The notes beneath the pieces are model-generated. The model was not told where the DNA came from, did not search any database, and saw nothing but the letters and a program-made list of their open reading frames with translations. 64,000 nt of DNA. Source: Perkinsus olseni. Its lineage: Eukaryota. Shown one piece after another: positions 58,638-64,000 of the stretch. The position numbers and the translations under genes are program-made. Within the stretch, counting starts at the first letter, position 1, and the number at the start of each line of letters is the position of its first letter. The stretch is taken from assembly GCA_013115125.1 (NCBI GenBank), contig JABANN010000011.1, forward strand, positions 1 through 64,000, read 5' to 3'.

Positions 58638-61600
58638 ATGCTGTGGAGGCGCAGGATAGAGGGACTATACTGTGATAAGTGCGTCGCTCCGCCGCCCGTA
58701 ATATCATTTTGGGTCAGGCGAGCAGTTTTCCCACCAGTGCACTTCCTATTTTGACGACCTACGAGCCTTCCTGAACAATCAGTAAGGCTAAGGGAGGGCC
58801 GTTCCGCTCCACCCAAAATACTTCTGGAGGCCGCACCAGTCTCGGGACCATCACCTTGCACTACCGACAGGCGGACGACCATCAGTGGTCACAGGCGTTA
58901 TCGTGGTGGACAGCTCATACTGGGCACCTCAGTCTTTTGCGAAATCTGCAGCATATATGTGACGACTTTCTCTCATAGGTGCTACCGCCCCGATCAGGCC
59001 CAGGAGCCCCAAGCAGCAGTGTTTATGGTGGAGGGACTATTGCGCAACTATGATGATCAGACCAAGAATTTAGGGGTACCTCTCCTGGCGTTCTTCTTGG
59101 ACGCAACACGCCTAGTAGGTGTCCCTCACAGAGGACCAGCAACAGCTACGGGACTGCCTCGAAGAACTCCACCACTGGATGAAGTCCACCAAGCTTGATC
59201 TTGGCGGAGCGAAGAAGATGTCCTTCCGAGAGTAAGGCTAGTAGGCCCGTCTGGCGCTACCTAACTGTGGACTGGACGCTGAATGTGCCTTTGGTGCAGC
59301 AGGGTCACGCTAGATCGTGTCGGGTCTGCTTTACTGAGTATTCAGTCATCGACTATTGCCCTCAGCTACATGTGCCGTGGGGAGTTCTCCAACCACTGGG
59401 TACGGTTTGAAAAGACCAAGCATAACCTGGACGTCCCAATGAAGGCCCTGCTCAAGTGCGACAGGTACTACACTGATGAGCGGAGCGATGCGTTTTTGAT
59501 TACTCTATGAACCGTTCCCCAGGTTGCTCGGCGAGGATGAGTCCGGCGGCCTAGTGCAGAATTTGCGTGCCTTCTTCCGACCGCAGATCCTGGGCAGTCT
59601 ACATCACTTGAAGAGCGAGCTAATCAACAGGTCAGACGGCGCCCGCTCGCCCTCCCAACTAAGCCGTAAACCTAGGTACAGCGCACGTGCCTTCACCGTC
59701 GGCCACCTGGATGGTGTCTACGTCCCTTCCTACCGTCAACAGAGTCTGCCTGCTGACAGCCCTGAGTCAGGCACATCGCTGTTGGAGACCAAAGTAGGGT
59801 AGCATGGAGACGGCTTCTAGGAGCTGCTGCGACGCTTGAGGTCAGGTTATTGTCTGGTGCAACCCTAATGCTGCCTACTATGAGTGTGCAGTATACCAGC
59901 CTGAGTGGCTCGACTTCTACCTAGGCCTGGGCTATGGTATCGTATTGTGGAACTATAGAGGCTTCGGTGATTCTGAAGGTACTACAGGGGCGAGCCTGTC
60001 GCTTTCTACTAGGCAGTGGCGGGACAGGGCTAGCACCGCCGCTCCAGCCTAGCCATAGTCGATATTACTATCTTCCAATGCTCCCTCTGCTGAGCGTCCC
60101 TCTCAGGTCTCTGCACGCCGGGGTCGTTGTACACGGACAGCGAAGCTATCATGCAATGGGTGGCGGCCCAGGGGGCTAAACGAGGCCATGGCTTCGTCCA
60201 GAGGGTTGGGGTAAAACTTCTGGGTGTTGGGATGGAACCTGTGCCTTTCTCATTGCAGCTGCCCAGGTTCATGGCAGGTCTGTTGGGGGAGTGACGGCAT
60301 GTCACCTAGGCAAAGTTTATGACCGACCTCGGCCTGGTCTGAAGCTGGACTTCGTTGTGGCGGATAGAACCTTCAGAACTCTCGAAGCTACAGCCAGGTA
60401 GGTGACGGCACAGGGGACGAAGGTCTTACGTTCATGGTTGCACGCATGCACACGCTAACCAGCTTCGACGCTTTATGTCCCACTGAGGCGATCTCAGGTC
60501 TACCGTTGGCCACTGGGCGGCCCTAGCGCTGCGGCTGACCGGAATCGCCGCTAGTAACGTAGAGGAGTTCCTCTCAATCCATGACACTCCCAAGATCCTC
60601 ACGTGCGATCCTAGGGACACCATCATCCCGGAAGATGCCAACCTGCGGACTGGCGTGGCGGCCAGGTGTGCCCACTGTGCCGTCGCGACCTACCAATGAT
60701 CTCTTATTGTCAGGCTCGTCGCTGACCTCCCTCCAGAGCTTCGCCTCTCCTCAATTTCGCGGTACACTCTCTATGAGGTAGGCCTGGCGGCATCTCTTTC
60801 ACCTTCCTCATCCGTGTTTCCAGGCATCTCTGGCCCTAGCGTACCTCCCTCGGTTCATGGCTTTGATCGGCGTTAATGAGGATTCTGAGAACACCAGCAG
60901 CATCGAAGAGCTACTCTTTATTCTCGGCTTATCCAGGGATAGTCGTATCAGCAGCCTGGCCGGCTTCGGGGTAATGCAGCGTTCAACTTCCGATATTCTT
61001 CCCTGTGCGCATTGGTATCTTCGAGCCTCCCTAACATCTTGCTGTATTCAGGGCCCCCATCAACGGTCGGATAGCGCATCTTCGACCGCTACATCAGATG
61101 TTCCTTCCTCCCGCCCTCGGATCTCTTCTAATGCTCGTACGAATGGTCGCTACATAGAGCTTCAAGAGCTCGGGGCGAGCGCTACTAACAGCGATGAGTG
61201 AGGGAATCACTGCCATAGGGCACGATAAGGTCACGACTCTCTCTCAGGTCTCCTGCTAGTGTCAGCTCCGATGGAGGACGAGATGGTTGCTCGTCTCCTG
61301 CCGAGAGCGGTCGATTGCCTCAGCTGGTGGAGCATGGTCGATCTATTGGTAGGGCCTGCGGATTGCCTATCCTCCCTCTCCCATGCTTATCACTAACCCG
61401 TGACCTGTGTATAATGGCTGCTCCTCAGAGATGCCTACGGTTGATGCCAACGCCCCAACTCTCGACACTTATTCAATCGAAGATATCACTAGCACCATCG
61501 CGCCCTACCTCGAAGACCTAAAGCGGTTGCTCGACGTTGTAGCCTCTCACCGGTTGCCTTCCCGTCCAACCACGAACTTCTCCTCAGATACAGGTAAGGG

Positions 61601-62580
61601 TCGAGGCCGGGGGACAGCCCCTGGCTGATGTTGGTACCGAGGACCTCCCCGACTACCGTGGCGCCTCGGTGGAGCATTGGCCCCTCACTGAGTGGATCGA
61701 CAAGATGCAGGTATTCAGTCCATGGCCGTTGGCCATTCCCAATGCTCCTCGCTCTAGGTGTGGGGTAGTGTGACCCCGATCCCTGAGGATTCATTCACCG
61801 CCCGGTTCCGAGCTTGCCCCCACTTCCCTCGAGTTGCCGAGGAGTATGCTAAGGAGACATCGCGCATCAGCCAATGCCTGTACGGTGACACCGGCGTTGA
61901 TGCGGTACGGCCTCTCCTCGGCGCTGGATGGCACCCATAGTGTCCCCCACAGATGAGCATTGACCCCTTCGCCCTCCTGCGGTGGCATCGCCAGCAGTCC
62001 GCCCTGTCCGTATCCATATACTGTGACGACTGGTCGCAGACAGTGGCGAAGATGAGAGCAGCGGTGACAGCTCAGTACAGCTCCAGTAGGCCTGTCTTGA
62101 AGACCTGACCTTCCATAACGCACTGGGAAGATTCTTCAGGAGCATGCGTTCCGGTTCCAGTGGCGGCGGCTCTGTGGGCTGTGGTGTCCATCGACAACTT
62201 CCTTTGTGACCTGAGGCGTGGGTTCGCCCGGCAGGAGTGCTCCAACGCGGCAGCTGCTATGGCCAGGTAGGCATCGACACATTCTCATGAAAATCACCAG
62301 TATACCCATCAGTCCATCTACTACGGCCTACACCCTGTGTACCTGCATCTGCTCTGACCCCGAGGCCGTCTCGGCTGCAAGTGACCACAGGCTGGCTGTC
62401 TATGACTGCCCAGTACGAACTGGCAACTGCTGGTGTGTCCATATCCATTGCGGTCATAATGAAGCATTATCCAAGGTCGAGGAGAGGGAGCTACGGATGC
62501 ACATAAGATACGCTCTATCGATCACCGCGGCCGAGGACGACCAGCAGCAGCAGCCAGGCAGCCCCGTCCTCGCCGAATAG
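58638..62580 (+). CDS. Large hypothetical multi-exon protein
   Basis: Regular alternation of coding-like segments and short GT-AG introns on the + strand, ending ..QQQQPGSPVLAE*. No family recognised. Confidence 0.45.
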
Positions 62581-62619
62581 CTGCTTGCAATACTTGTGTT
62601 CGCCCCTGTGTTACTGTTT

Positions 62620-64000
62620 TATCCACCCATCGAAGCAGCCTCGTGTTGGGAGCCGACATAAAATATCCTTTTACAGCCAGAATTCATGTTGGGCAGCACC
62701 TCCGTCTCCGCCTTCGGTCGAGAACGGCAGAGTAAAGCTGAGTCGGTCCTGGCCGATCTAGTGGATGCCTTCATACCGCCCGACCTCGACTTGGGATACG
62801 CGGATCGCTCCAAGATCACACAGTGAGGCCCCGCTCGATGATGAGCCGCTGCCCCTGCCACAGTGTAATGTAGGTTCTCTCGCTACCACTTAGCCTTCCA
62901 CAGCTTCCCCTCGGTCGATACCTTGGCGGTTGATAGGGACATGAAGGAGTAAGCCGGTTCATCGGCAGTACTGAGGGTCTCTTCCTGCCTTGTCAGAGTC
63001 ATCTATAAAGTGAACACTAGGGCGACGCCGGTAGGGAGCGCTGAGCTCCTGGCCGACTTGTACGTTCGGGATATGCCGAAGACCGCAGTGGCAGCAGGCC
63101 TCACCGATGATGGAGACGAGGTCTGGAACCTCCGTCAGCGGCTTCGCTTTGCTTAGCTTCCTTCACTTCATCAGTCTATTATTCCGTCGATAATATCGTT
63201 GCTGCTGAGCCTATCGGGTGACCCTTGTGGCGTGGATCGATCTGAAGTGGACCGAGTCGGCTTGGAGTTGCAGGAGGAGCGCGCCAAGGTGAGCGTCTTC
63301 GACTCGAAGACTTAGAGTCAAAGAGGGTAGGCCATGCCTCTCTTCAGAATGCAGCCCGATATGACCACCTCGGCCGATTGCGAGAGGGCCTTGAGGAGAA
63401 GCGGATCCTAGAAGCGATCGCCAAGGCCAGCGTTGAGACGGGCTGGGAGTTGGCGATGGCTGCTTGCGACACCAGTTCAGACGACGATGTGGACCGGCTC
63501 GCCGACAACAGCGTATCCACCAACTCGGGCAGGTCGACCCCTCCTAGCGCCCTCGATCTGCCCATTTTCGACCCACTCGGTCTGAGGGCAGGCGCGGTGC
63601 CTACGGTCGACGAGGACCCTGTCAAGTGTGCCGATGATCTGACGCGGGAATGCCGGTCGTCCCTCCTCACTGTGGAGTCATCAGGCCGCGTACCAGAGGA
63701 CCTCCTCGCAGCCGACGCTGATATCATCGGGGCCATCGTCGCAGCGGACGGTGGTCGGAGGCGCCCTTTCCTCGTTCGGGAGTCCTGGGTGGTAGAGGAG
63801 ATCTTCACCGCTTGCTACGTCCTTAGCACCGCTCCCGTGGAGGAGGGGGGCTCTATCGTATGCCTCAACACTCTCTTCCACATCTCCGACGGCGTCGTTG
63901 GTGTCCATGCAGCGGTGTCTCGAGGGGACACCGTGGCGTGCAGTCACCTCTCCCCGAGGGCTCTCTCCCTGGCCTTAGTCAGCATCGCCGGAATCATGAC
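62620..64000 (-). CDS. 3' part of a low-complexity hypothetical protein running off the right edge
   Basis: Ser/Arg/Asp-rich minus-strand ORFs with intervening splice-like motifs. Confidence 0.3.

Noticed and set aside
1..64000. CRISPR arrays, prokaryotic operons/defence systems, rRNA, intact retroelement RT/integrase
   Set aside because: No regularly spaced repeats, rRNA signatures or RT/integrase motifs were seen; the sequence is spliced eukaryotic DNA.

Overview
Eukaryotic, gene-dense protist DNA with many short GT-AG introns. Gene content, intron style and KG-rich RNA-binding proteins suggest a perkinsid/myzozoan alveolate such as Perkinsus; this is inference, not a database match. Most short ORFs in the track are exons or antisense shadows. 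Genes lie in long co-directional blocks: minus ~157-29.5k, plus ~31.3-35.3k, minus ~35.6-53.5k, plus ~53.8-62.6k. Recognisable genes are NPHP4 (partial), Tex/SRBD1, a p25-alpha/EF-hand-like protein, a helical-repeat (HPR/OPR-like) protein, an LRR protein, a WGR-PARP, a 4-TM Orai/PGG-like protein, a NOVA-like KH protein, an NXPE/PC-esterase, XAP5/FAM50, an Arp3-like protein, a CEP164-like WW protein, a TTC33-like TPR protein, two tandem EF-hand proline dehydrogenases, an SH3+IQ protein and two tandem hnRNP-Q acidic-domain/GKG proteins. The most notable observations are: (1) a Tyr-to-Leu change at the substrate-specificity position in the second PRODH; (2) a tRNA-Lys(CTT) copy and tRNA T-arm fragments inside introns; (3) a 1.36-kb intronic insertion with an 8-bp direct repeat and a dead Tc1-like HTH; (4) recurrent palindromes with 1-nt spacers in introns; (5) an intronless/intron-containing paralog pair. 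I found no clear multi-gene novel system. Gene boundaries were assembled by eye and are approximate.
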